The position numbers were made by a program, and so were the translations under genes. A DNA stretch of 64,000 bases from Botryllus schlosseri (Eukaryota): positions 25,422,001 to 25,486,000 of the forward strand of contig CM119372.1 in assembly GCA_051294905.1 (NCBI GenBank). The letters are read 5' to 3'. Shown here piece after piece: positions 38,901-50,900 of the stretch; positions within the stretch are counted from its first letter, which is position 1, and the number at the start of each line of letters is the position of its first letter. A model generated the notes under the pieces. The model worked only from the letters and a program-made list of their open reading frames with translations, was not told the origin of the DNA and did no database searches.

Positions 38901-41900
38901 CAAAATAAATCAGGAAGTAACTGAGTATTCATGTTGTAGTCGCGCAAAGTTGGAAATAGGTTAAAGTAAATGAATGAATTCGGTCAGTATTGTTGGTACT
39001 TGCATATATCGCTGGATGCATTTGTATCGCGGTGTTCAGATCGCAAGGACAGCAGTATTCAACGCCTGATGGACATATCAATATCGAACGTTTCAGTCAA
39101 CACGCGTCGACCATCTTTGGAAAAGGTTTCATAGCCGCAATCATTCTGGGAGATCACTCGCAAAGTCATATGTTGACCGAAATTTTATATACCGTGGTGT
39201 GCTGTGGCTCGGAGATTGGTGGCGCAGAAAAGCTAATCCCGCGGTCTGCACACCAATAGACAGAAACCTCTCAACTGCCTCGAGCTATACAAGGAATATT
39301 TCGTCTCATTATTGCGAATACAGTTAGGCTCATTTCTGTAAATTATGCCTATGTTTTCATTGTGATTTTGTGCAGGGAGTGGTATTAAATGCAAGAGACA
39401 CAGAGACAGAAAATTGCCGAAGCGCAAAGAAAAATTTCCACCTAAATAAATCAGCCGCGGAATACTCTACTTTTTGCAAAATTTACAAAGATTTGCGAAA
39501 AATGTGAGATTGAAACGGTTCCCTTCGCCTTCCTTGGCTATACGACAATGCGTCGAAGCTGTTTTATTCGTCATCGGCATACCAAATTTCGCGGTCACAC
39601 TAATCATATTATTGGTTGAACATGCCATGCAGTTCACAATAAATTACGGAGGCAAGCAATTTTTCGATATTAAGCTTTTATAGAAAACTACCGCACGGGT
39701 AACATCACATGTGACCCGCGAACCACGGGTTGGCCACCCCTGAATTCCTGAAAATGATATTTTTGTGAAGTCGTGATTAACATACTGCACAAAATGTCAA
39801 AAATTGTAACAAAATGCAATGAAACAGGTATGGTCAAAATAATATCACATTGTCTTTATGGGATGTAGATCTGACGCTGTTTTTGTTGTCGTCTAAAGGG
39901 TACATATTTAAACTGTCCCCAACATCCACACTCTTATGACGGCATAATGAGTGATGCTAGTAGTAAGGGTACCTGGATTATACGCCCGCCAATCAGAGAG
40001 CGCCACGTCATCCTAATTGCCACGCCCATTTTCATACCCTGAGGGTACATTCATCTGCTACGTCATCCGTGCCACATCATCAAGCGCCACGGCTATAGTG
40101 CCACATCATCCATCCATTGCTATATCATCGCTGCATTGATTGCCGCATCTTGATACTTTTCTCAGATATTGTATTATGTGTATTTAGGACTAATATCATC
40201 CGTCCATATTTTTTAAACTTGATTTTATGTGTATAAGTTACGGTTTCTGCAGTTTCCACATTTTAGGACTTATGATTGCCGCGTCAAAACTTACCTTGGC
40301 TATAGAATCGACAGATATTCTATTATGTGTATTTAGGACTATGTCATCAATATGTATTGATTAACTTGAAATGTATCATCACTAATTAATTAACATAAAA
40401 TGCGATTTTGAGCGCTGCGACTTGATAATATTAATCCCTACGCTTCTGATGAATGATTTTATGTGATTAGGACCTCGGTAACATTCAGATTCTGCAACGA
40501 TTGTTTGGATATACATTTTAGCAATACCCCACTAAACTATAGGCGGTTATATTACTCTATTGACCGGAGATAACTCATCCGTCCATATTTTTAAACTTGA
40601 TTTTATGTGTACGAGTTACGGTTTCTGCGGTCTCCACATTTTACGACTTATTTTGATTAGACGCAGGTAAGCGATTCTCAAGTTCGGAGCTATGGATCAT
40701 CAGCTCGCAGTGTAACCGCTACCTGTATAATGTTTGCATGTCGAGTATAAGGGTATTTAACTCGGCACTAAAATGCCAACGGAATAGCCGCAGGGAGCCG
40801 GTTCTCGTTGCTATAATTAAACGAACACCTTCGCCGCAGGTACGCGATCACCGACGTTATAATGATAAGGACAAATTAGCCGCATGAAAGCGAGTCTAAT
40901 GAATATAACGACAGACAACAAGTTAGTTGAAAAGTAAAACTAATCGTGACCGATGCAAGACGGCGTGAAACAGCGCTTTCGCTCGATTCTTGTAGTGACC
41001 ACAATTCATACGATTCAGTCCTTTTCATGTCACTAGAATAAGGGTGATTAAACCGACAGTGAAACGCCGCTTCACAATTGCAAGTTAGTGTAATGCAAAT
41101 TTTACCCCTTCAAGGGTTATAAAAGTATGGACGGCAAAAGGTATAATTTTGGGTCGACATGGTGCCTTAGCTATCTATCAATAGGTATGTAATATTTGTT
41201 GAAATAGTTGCTATTGATCATAGACCAAGCTTGCTTTCAGAGCTGGAAACGAAACGCATATGAAAATTTACCTAGGTGTTCCCCACACGCATCAAATGTA
41301 GGCCTACTCAAGTGTTTATGAGGTGGCGAATAGTTCGATGGTTGTTGGCATGCAAGGACGTCACATAGAATTGTGGAGTTTTCTGTAAACTATGATCCAG
41401 TGATCATTTTCAATCACTATATTTTTCATTAATCTAAACTAAGTACTGTTAGTAGGCAAACCCTAGGAAAGTATATCCTCTGATAAAAGCAGGAGTAATT
41501 TGTTATCCGTGAAATAAATAGATGATGCGACTCTAATGGACATAAAGTGCGAAAAATTACATTTTATCCCGGAACGTAGCAAAAAAAAATCGTATAAACT
41601 TTGTAAAGTAGATAGAAAACTACACCATTCCGATGCAGTGAAGACTCTTACACTCAGGATTTTGTGCAGTACATACTAATTTTACATTGCGGAGTATTCC
41701 ATAAACGTTAATCCAGTGATCCTCCTTCTATTTTCAATCACGATCCGTTTATTATTCCAGGCTTCGAACCCCGTAGCCAGTACGTTTTATGAGGATTAAT
41801 ATTTTTAGATTAAATATAGCGTATCGAGACTTCGTGAAACTTACTTGGAAATAGTTATTTCTACCCTAATTTAATAGATTTCTCAGACATCGTAGCAACG

Positions 41901-44900
41901 GAACTGGGTTGAGCGAGCGGTTAAGGCGTTGGACTTAAGTTTCAATGAACAAGTGTTCTAAGGGACTCATGTTTTAAGATAACCTAAACGCAAAGTGCAC
42001 GAATTTCCATAAACATGATATTCTTCGATATGATCAACTGAAACCACGGATGTGGTGGGTTAGAGTCTTGTCGTGATGGTCCGTTTCGAAATGCAAGCGG
42101 ATGAACTAGACCAAAAGTTTCGAAGATGCGTTTTATAATTGCTCTAGGTGTGAAATAGACATCGCACTCTTGCGGGGAAACAACACGAATTCAGTCTTCA
42201 CACAGCAGAAACACAGCCGCTTGGTTAACATCACAAAACCGCAATTGAACTCAAGATTGCCATACACGGAATCGCTGTTAACGATGTCTGACTGCGGCGT
42301 TTCGACGAGTAACGAAATCTCGTATTTAGTATTGATTGTGACACATAGTCAAAACAGCGACAGTTTTCACAACCCGATACATACATTGAACCAACTGATG
42401 TAAGGTGAAACACTACGTTCGCAGCAAAAAAGTTTGCAGGGTATGACCACCACCAACTTAAGCGTGAAATGTACAAATTTCTATGTTGCGCAAATACCAC
42501 AAACTTTGCTTGCTTTCAGTGCCGGCAACTAAATGCAAGACAGAATTTACGCAAAAGTTGCTATTCTGAAAATGTTGTCAAGGTAATAGTTTAAAAACTT
42601 ACACTTGAGCACTACGAAATGTTCAAGTACTTTATCTTTACACGACGTTTTTTGTAAAATGAATACTAATATTATTGAAAAAATAAAAAATAAAAAGAGC
42701 GAAAAATTACATTTTATCCCGGAACGCAACAAGAAAAATCGTATGAATTTGTAAACTACTTATTCATGACATAATAATAATTCTACTTGTACACTTTTTC
42801 ACACTTTATAACACTTTAAGTAGTACTTAACAGTTTCAGTTTTAAATAAAATACGGAATATAAACTAATCGAAAAATTCGGTTACCAATTTCGCGTAGGC
42901 TATGCATACAAATGAGGAAAGTTACATCAACGCGTGTTAACTAGTTGTATCGAGTTATCGAATGATTTTTTTTCTTTACATCAAAATAACTAGAGTGTGT
43001 AACTACATTAAAAACGTATCTAAATGAGCTCCAGGTCATTGTGATTATGCAGCATACCAAATTTCATCACACATTTCATGATGGAACAACTTTAAAACTA
43101 ACGCAGTTCTATAGCAACTTTTGCCTAAATCTGTTTTCGGTAGCATGTACATATCCATAGTCAGCTTTAATAACAGAATTACCATGCTAATATGTGACTC
43201 CTCACCTTGAAACTTGGTACCTAGTTGTAGGACATTGTGATTATGCAGCATACCAAATTTCTTCACGCATTTCATAATGGAACAACTTTAAAACTAACGC
43301 GGCTCTACATCGACTTTTTGCGTACATCTGTTTTGCGGGAGCGTATAGCACGTACCTATACATAGTCAACTTTAATAACGGAATTACCATGCTTAACATT
43401 GAATCCCAACTCTAAACTTGATTCGTAGTTGTAGGACATTGTGGCAATGCACCATGCTAAATTTCATCGCACATCTAACGATGGATCACCTTTAAAACTA
43501 ACGCAGTCGAATACCGACTTTTAAGCATATCTGTTTTGCGTGAACATAGCATATACCTATGCATAGTCAATTTTAATAGCAGAATTACCGTGTTAAACAT
43601 TGAATTCCCACCTTGAAAGTTGGTACGCGATTATAGGACACTATAACAATGCACCATACCAAATCCCATCACACATTTCATGATGGAACAACTTTAAAAC
43701 TAACGCGGCTCTACATCGACTTTTTGCGTATATCTGTTTTGCGGGGGCGTATAGCACGTACTCATACATAGCTAACTTTAATAACGGAATTACCATGCTT
43801 AACATTGAATCCCAACTCTAAACTTGATACGTAGTTGTAGGACATTATGGCAATGAACCATGCTAAATTTCATCACACATCTAATGATGGAACACCTTTG
43901 AAACTATCGCAGTCGAATACCGACTTTTACACATATCTGTTTTTCGTGAACATAGCATATACCCATACATAGTCAATTTTAATAACAGAATTAGCATGCT
44001 AAACCTTAAATTCTCACCTTGAACGTTGGTACCCAGTTGTAGGACATAATAACAATGCACCATACCAAATTTCGTCAGGCATTTCATGATGTAACACTTT
44101 CAAAACCAACGCAGTTCTATACAGGCTTTTGGCTAAATCTGTTTTTCCGTAGCGTAGCACGTACCTATACATAGTCAACTTTAATATCAATACATGTTTA
44201 TCGTAAGTCCTACACAGTCATGATATCCGCCCGAGTTTGACTTTTAGAAAACATTATACCGACATCGCGACATCTTACAAAATTGAAACCGCGGTGACTG
44301 CTTGAGAGACCTACCAGTGATATCGCAGTAATCTAGTTACTTCCACAAAATAGTATGTATTCAACTTACTTGCCACAAATCTAACGCGCAAAACAATTTA
44401 CTTTGCTAACGAAAAGTGCTGAGTCATCATATCATTATCCACGCAACAATACACCTAAAACATACTATCGTACAAAATGGTCGCTAACCTCTTTGTGCAC
44501 CAGCTGTAAATCTCACAAGCAACAAGTTTCAAGATTCCAGTTATTGAAAAAATGTTAAAGTGTTTCTCCTGCGCCAAGTCGTTATGTTGACGAAAGCGTA
44601 TATTGTAATATCATGATCGATTTGCATTCGTTGCTCACAAACTGTCACTACTCTAAATAATTATTTTTCACTCAAACACAACAGCATACTTGTCGCCATT
44701 CGTTTTCATCAAGCACGAGTTCAATAAACTTACTTACTACGACATGAATTGGTATTTTTATGTTGTGTAAATAGGTAATAATTAATTTTAGTAACACTAT
44801 ACCAACATCATCGAGTTGTGCGAATAGATTTACATGTGGTGTTATGGTTTTAATCGAAGTACACTGCACGATCTAATGTAGAGTCATCTCTATTGTATAG

Positions 44901-47900
44901 CAACTCGGTAATCGAAATGCATGCATTAACATTTAAACAGCGATCGTGTTTCGTCACGCGAAAAATATGTTCACTACTGCGATACTCTGCACAGGGCATG
45001 CAAATCCTTTTCACACTCGTAATAGTATACCAACGGCTACCGGCGACAACGTTTACCAATACCAACGACACTAAACATACGATACCTACCCAATCTGCAA
45101 ATTGTTTCGATTTATTCTGTCTGTTTCAATTTAAGATAAGGAAGCCCATTTCACTCAATGTATCGATGTCTACGGTACTCTACAAAATTTTCTGATTAAT
45201 TCTCCCTATGCTTATTTATCACAAGAAAGATGATTTGATACCTAAAGTACGAAATACTTTTTCGCTTGAGCTAAGCCGCAGCGCCTGGAGTGGAATTTTA
45301 CGGGGTATGTGGACTCATTTCGTAGGGCTCTATGCCATAGGAGCATACTTTACGCTCCAATTCGATTCCCACACATTGCATATAATTACTAACAGAACCA
45401 TTGAGTACCAGCCTTGACATTTTCCGTAGTACTAGATGGCATGTATACAATTTCACGACATCCGACATTACGACGAAGACTATCAAAATATCGAAAGAAG
45501 CCCTCTATTCTTTTCTGAAATAATCAAGGTTTTATCAGGACTTCCCTTCATATAAACTCCACCAGAATCACTAATAACCTCTCAAGTGTACTCAATTTAC
45601 TCTAATTTGATACTCGTGTACCAAATCCCTATTTTCCGCAAGTATGATAGAGGCTATCGCTCGATACTCAACGATTCGTAATTTTGCTGGAATACAAGTA
45701 CAATTAGTTTAAAGTAGTTTGAGGTTACGTTTGTATCACCTCGACAAGTGCTATTATCAAAAAATGCTTTTGCTAAACTCTTACACTTTCACTAAACTTC
45801 TACACTGAATCTTGTAAAGTAGATAGAAAAGGAAAACTATTAACATAAGGTAAGTGAGGAGCACGCAAATTTCGATTGCATACAAATGCCACAAACTGCG
45901 CTAACTTCCAGAGTTGTTAAGTATAGAAGTACTCGTACGTCTTGAGAATACCCAAGTAGGTTTTTTGCCTACATGTACCAAATACTCTCAAGTCCTTATG
46001 ATATTGGAGTACATCAACTTCATGATAGCTACAGTATTAAACAGAAATAGACCTAGAGTACTAACGTTTTTGTGCAGTGAGAGTTCGCAAATTATCGAAG
46101 TATTTTTGTTATTTTTATTGCGATAAGTCATTCTGCAGCGCAAAAATGCGTCGTAGGATATAGATGAAACTAGCACCACTCATCAAGACCGCTGATAACA
46201 GTACATTTCAACATTTAGTTGCAGTAAATTTCGAGTAAAGTACAAGAAGTGATGATTTCCGAGTGAGTTAAAAAGTACGTATTGCAGGTATAGTTTACCT
46301 GAAAACCGAATACTCTGAAATAGAAGTAGATGCAGTGTAAATAGTTAATCACTTGATTAAGTATAGCGCAAGCAGATAAAACCTATACTTGAGTACTACA
46401 AAATACACGAGTACTTCGCTATCGACTCCCTCCACGTAATAAGTGACTACGGTTTAAGACTGCTTTTACCGATACTCGTCAGTTTCCGTTTTAGATAGAA
46501 TTCGGAAACCAAATAATTTCATAAACATAAGCTAATTAAATGAATTTACTCGAATGTACTATGCCGCGCTGATAAGATTAATTATAATATACTTATCACG
46601 TTAGAGCGATTTTTCTAGCGTAGAAAATCTTTAAAATGTAGTAAGCAGGCCAATATGAAGATATTCGTTGAGCTGAATAAACATAAAAAATACTCTAGAC
46701 TACTTTATCGGTACTTTACAGTTTCAGTTTTAGATAAAATTTGTCCCTTTCACTCCTCGCTATCTAACATGTTTAGAATATATTATTTGCGATGATACGA
46801 ACCCGTAAAGTACTCAAGTAGCTTTTCGTTGGATATAGATGAAACTGACACCACTCACCAAGACCACTGGCCCACTGACAAAAAGTACATTTCAACATTT
46901 TAGTAACAGTAAAGTCCTACTAAAGTACAAGAAGTCATGATTTCCGAGTGAGTTGAAAAGTAAGTATTGAAGGTATAGTTTGCTCGAAAACCGAAAAAAC
47001 TCTGAAATAGAAGTAGATGCAGTGTAAATAGTCAATCACTTCATTTAGTATAGCGCAAGCAGGCCAAACCTATACTTGAGTACTCCAAAATATACAAGTA
47101 CTCCCTCCACGTAAAAAGCGACTAGGGTTTAGACTACTTTATCGGTACTTGAAAGTTTTAGATAAAATTTGGTGAGACTTTAAATTTTAAAGTAGTTTGA
47201 GCTTACGTTTGTATCACCTTGACAAGTATCATTATCAGACATGAAAATGATGCTATCAACTAATACAGAAGTTAACACACGTCAATGTGCTTCGGAATTC
47301 ACGAGAAATTGCTTACTAAGAGAAGTATATTCTTGTATACACAATAGTGGAGAGAATCTTTAAAATGTAGTAAGCAGGCCGATGGGTATTCATTGAGTTG
47401 TATAAGCATAAAAAACATTCCCGCGCGCGTCTTAGTATTAGGTGGTAGGGTAGGAAGTGTTAGGTTTAGGAGCGCGCGGGAATCGAATTGGAGCGTAAAG
47501 TATGCTCCTATGGCATAGAGCCCTACGAAATGAGTCCACATACCCCGTAAAATTCCACTCCAGGCGCTGCGGCTTAGCTCAAGCGAAAAAGTATTTCGTA
47601 CTTTAGGTATCAAATCATCTTTCTTGTGATAAATAAGCATAGGGAGAATTAATCAGAAAATTTTGTAGAGTACCGTAGACATCGATACATTGAGTGAAAT
47701 GGGCTTCCTTATCTTAAATTGAAACAGACAGAATAAATCGAAACAATTTGCAGATTGGGTAGGTATCGTATGTTTAGTGTCGTTGGTATTGGTAAACGTT
47801 GTCGCCGGTAGCCGTTGGTATACTATTACGAGTGTGAAAAGGATTTGCATGCCCTGTGCAGAGTATCGCAGTAGTGAACATATTTTTCGCGTGACGAAAC

Positions 47901-50900
47901 ACGATCGCTGTTTAAATGTTAATGCATGCATTTCGATTACCGAGTTGCTATACAATAGAGATGACTCTACATTAGATCGTGCAGTGTACTTCGATTAAAA
48001 CCATAACACCACATGTAAATCTATTCGCACAACTCGATGATGTTGGTATAGTGTTACTAAAATTAATTATTACCTATTTACACAACATAAAAATACCAAT
48101 TCATGTCGTAGTAAGTAAGTTTATTGAACTCGTGCTTGATGAAAACGAATGGCGACAAGTATGCTGTTGTGTTTGAGTGAAAAATAATTATTTAGAGTAG
48201 TGACAGTTTGTGAGCAACGAATGCAAATCGATCATGATATTACAATATACGCTTTCGTCAACATAACGACTTGGCGCAGGAGAAACACTTTAACATTTTT
48301 TCAATAACTGGAATCTTGAAACTTGTTGCTTGTGAGATTTACAGCTGGTGCACAAAGAGGTTAGCGACCATTTTGTACGATAGTATGTTTTAGGTGTATT
48401 GTTGCGTGGATAATGATATGATGACTCAGCACTTTTCGTTAGCAAAGTAAATTGTTTTGCGCGTTAGATTTGTGGCAAGTAAGTTGAATACATACTATTT
48501 TGTGGAAGTAACTAGATTACTGCGATATCACTGGTAGGTCTCTCAAGCAGTCACCGCGGTTTCAATTTTGTAAGATGTCGCGATGTCGGTATAATGTTTT
48601 CTAAAAGTCAAACTCGGGCGGATATCATGACTGTGTAGGACTTACGATAAACATGTATTGATATTAAAGTTGACTATGTATAGGTACGTGCTACGCTACG
48701 GAAAAACAGATTTAGCCAAAAGCCTGTATAGAACTGCGTTGGTTTTGAAAGTGTTACATCATGAAATGCCTGACGAAATTTGGTATGGTGCATTGTTATT
48801 ATGTCCTACAACTGGGTACCAACGTTCAAGGTGAGAATTTAAGGTTTAGCATGCTAATTCTGTTATTAAAATTGACTATGTATGGGTATATGCTATGTTC
48901 ACGAAAAACAGATATGTGTAAAAGTCGGTATTCGACTGCGATAGTTTCAAAGGTGTTCCATCATTAGATGTGTGATGAAATTTAGCATGGTTCATTGCCA
49001 TAATGTCCTACAACTACGTATCAAGTTTAGAGTTGGGATTCAATGTTAAGCATGGTAATTCCGTTATTAAAGTTAGCTATGTATGAGTACGTGCTATACG
49101 CCCCCGCAAAACAGATATACGCAAAAAGTCGATGTAGAGCCGCGTTAGTTTTAAAGTTGTTCCATCATGAAATGTGTGATGGGATTTGGTATGGTGCATT
49201 GTTATAGTGTCCTATAATCGCGTACCAACTTTCAAGGTGGGAATTCAATGTTTAACACGGTAATTCTGCTATTAAAATTGACTATGCATAGGTATATGCT
49301 ATGTTCACGCAAAACAGATATGCTTAAAAGTCGGTATTCGACTGCGTTAGTTTTAAAGGTGATCCATCGTTAGATGTGCGATGAAATTTAGCATGGTGCA
49401 TTGCCACAATGTCCTACAACTACGAATCAAGTTTAGAGTTGGGATTCAATGTTAAGCATGGTAATTCCGTTATTAAAGTTGACTATGTATAGGTACGTGC
49501 TATACGCTCCCGCAAAACAGATGTACGCAAAAAGTCGATGTAGAGCCGCGTTAGTTTTAAAGTTGTTCCATTATGAAATGCGTGAAGAAATTTGGTATGC
49601 TGCATAATCACAATGTCCTACAACTACGTACCAAGTTTCAAGGTGAGGAGTCACATATTAGCATGGTAATTCTGTTATTAAAGCTGACTATGGATATGTA
49701 CATGCTACCGAAAACAGATTTAGGCAAAAGTTGCTATAGAACTGCGTTAGTTTTAAAGTTGTTCCATCATGAAATGTGTGATGAAATTTGGTATGCTGCA
49801 TAATCACAATGACCTGGAGCTCATTTAGATACGTTTTTAATGTAGTTACACACTCTAGTTATTTTGATGTAAAGAAAAAAAATCATTCGATAACTCGATA
49901 CAACTAGTTAACACGCGTTGATGTAACTTTCCTCATTTGTATGCATAGCCTACGCGAAATTGGTAACCAAATTTTTCGATTAGTTTATATTCCGTATTTT
50001 ATTTAAAACTGAAACTGTTAAGTACTACTTAAAGTGTTATAAAGTGTGAAAAAGTGTACAAGTAGAATTATTATTATGTCATGAATAAGTAGTTTACAAA
50101 TTCATACGATTTTTCTTGTTGCGTTCCGGGATAAAATGTAATTTTTCGCTCTTTTTATTTTTTATTTTTTCAATAATATTAGTATTCATTTTACAAAAAA
50201 CGTCGTGTAAAGATAAAGTACTTGAACATTTCGTAGTGCTCAAGTGTAAGTTTTTAAACTATTACCTTGACAACATTTTCAGAATAGCAACTTTTGCGTA
50301 AATTCTGTCTTGCATTTAGTTGCCGGCACTGAAAGCAAGCAAAGTTTGTGGTATTTGCGCAACATAGAAATTTGTACATTTCACGCTTAAGTTGGTGGTG
50401 GTCATACCCTGCAAACTTTTTTGCTGCGAACGTAGTGTTTCACCTTACATCAGTTGGTTCAATGTATGTATCGGGTTGTGAAAACTGTCGCTGTTTTGAC
50501 TATGTGTCACAATCAATACTAAATACGAGAATTCGTTACTCGTCGAAACGCCGCAGTCAGACATCGTTAACAGCGATTCCGTGTATGGCAATCTTGAGTT
50601 CAATTGCGGTTTTGTGATGTTAACCAAGCGGCTGTGTTTCTGCTGTGTGAAGACTGAATTCGTGTTGTTTCCCCGCAAGAGTGCGATGTCTATTTCACAC
50701 CTAGAGCAATTATAAAACGCATCTTCGAAACTTTTGGTCTAGTTCATCCGCTTGCATTTCGAAACGGACCATCACGACAAGACTCTAACCCACCACATCC
50801 GTGGTTTCAGTTGATCATATCGAAGAATATCATGTTTATGGAAATTCGTGCACTTTGCGTTTAGGTTATCTTAAAACATGAGTCCCTTAGAACACTTGTT

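Larger units (their letters stand above)
39959..45370 (+). repeat. Left arm (~5.4 kb) of the giant inverted repeat
   Basis: Reverse complement of 47478-52886 with only scattered substitutions and small indels; the match ends at ...caattcgattccc. Confidence 0.97.

Noticed and set aside
41903..41990. Intact tRNA-Leu gene
   Set aside because: No T arm, B box or 3' acceptor strand follows the variable arm.
42170..50678. Paired identical short ORFs on opposite strands (60-113 aa)
   Set aside because: Mirror images produced by the giant inverted repeat; no recognisable domains or splice structure.
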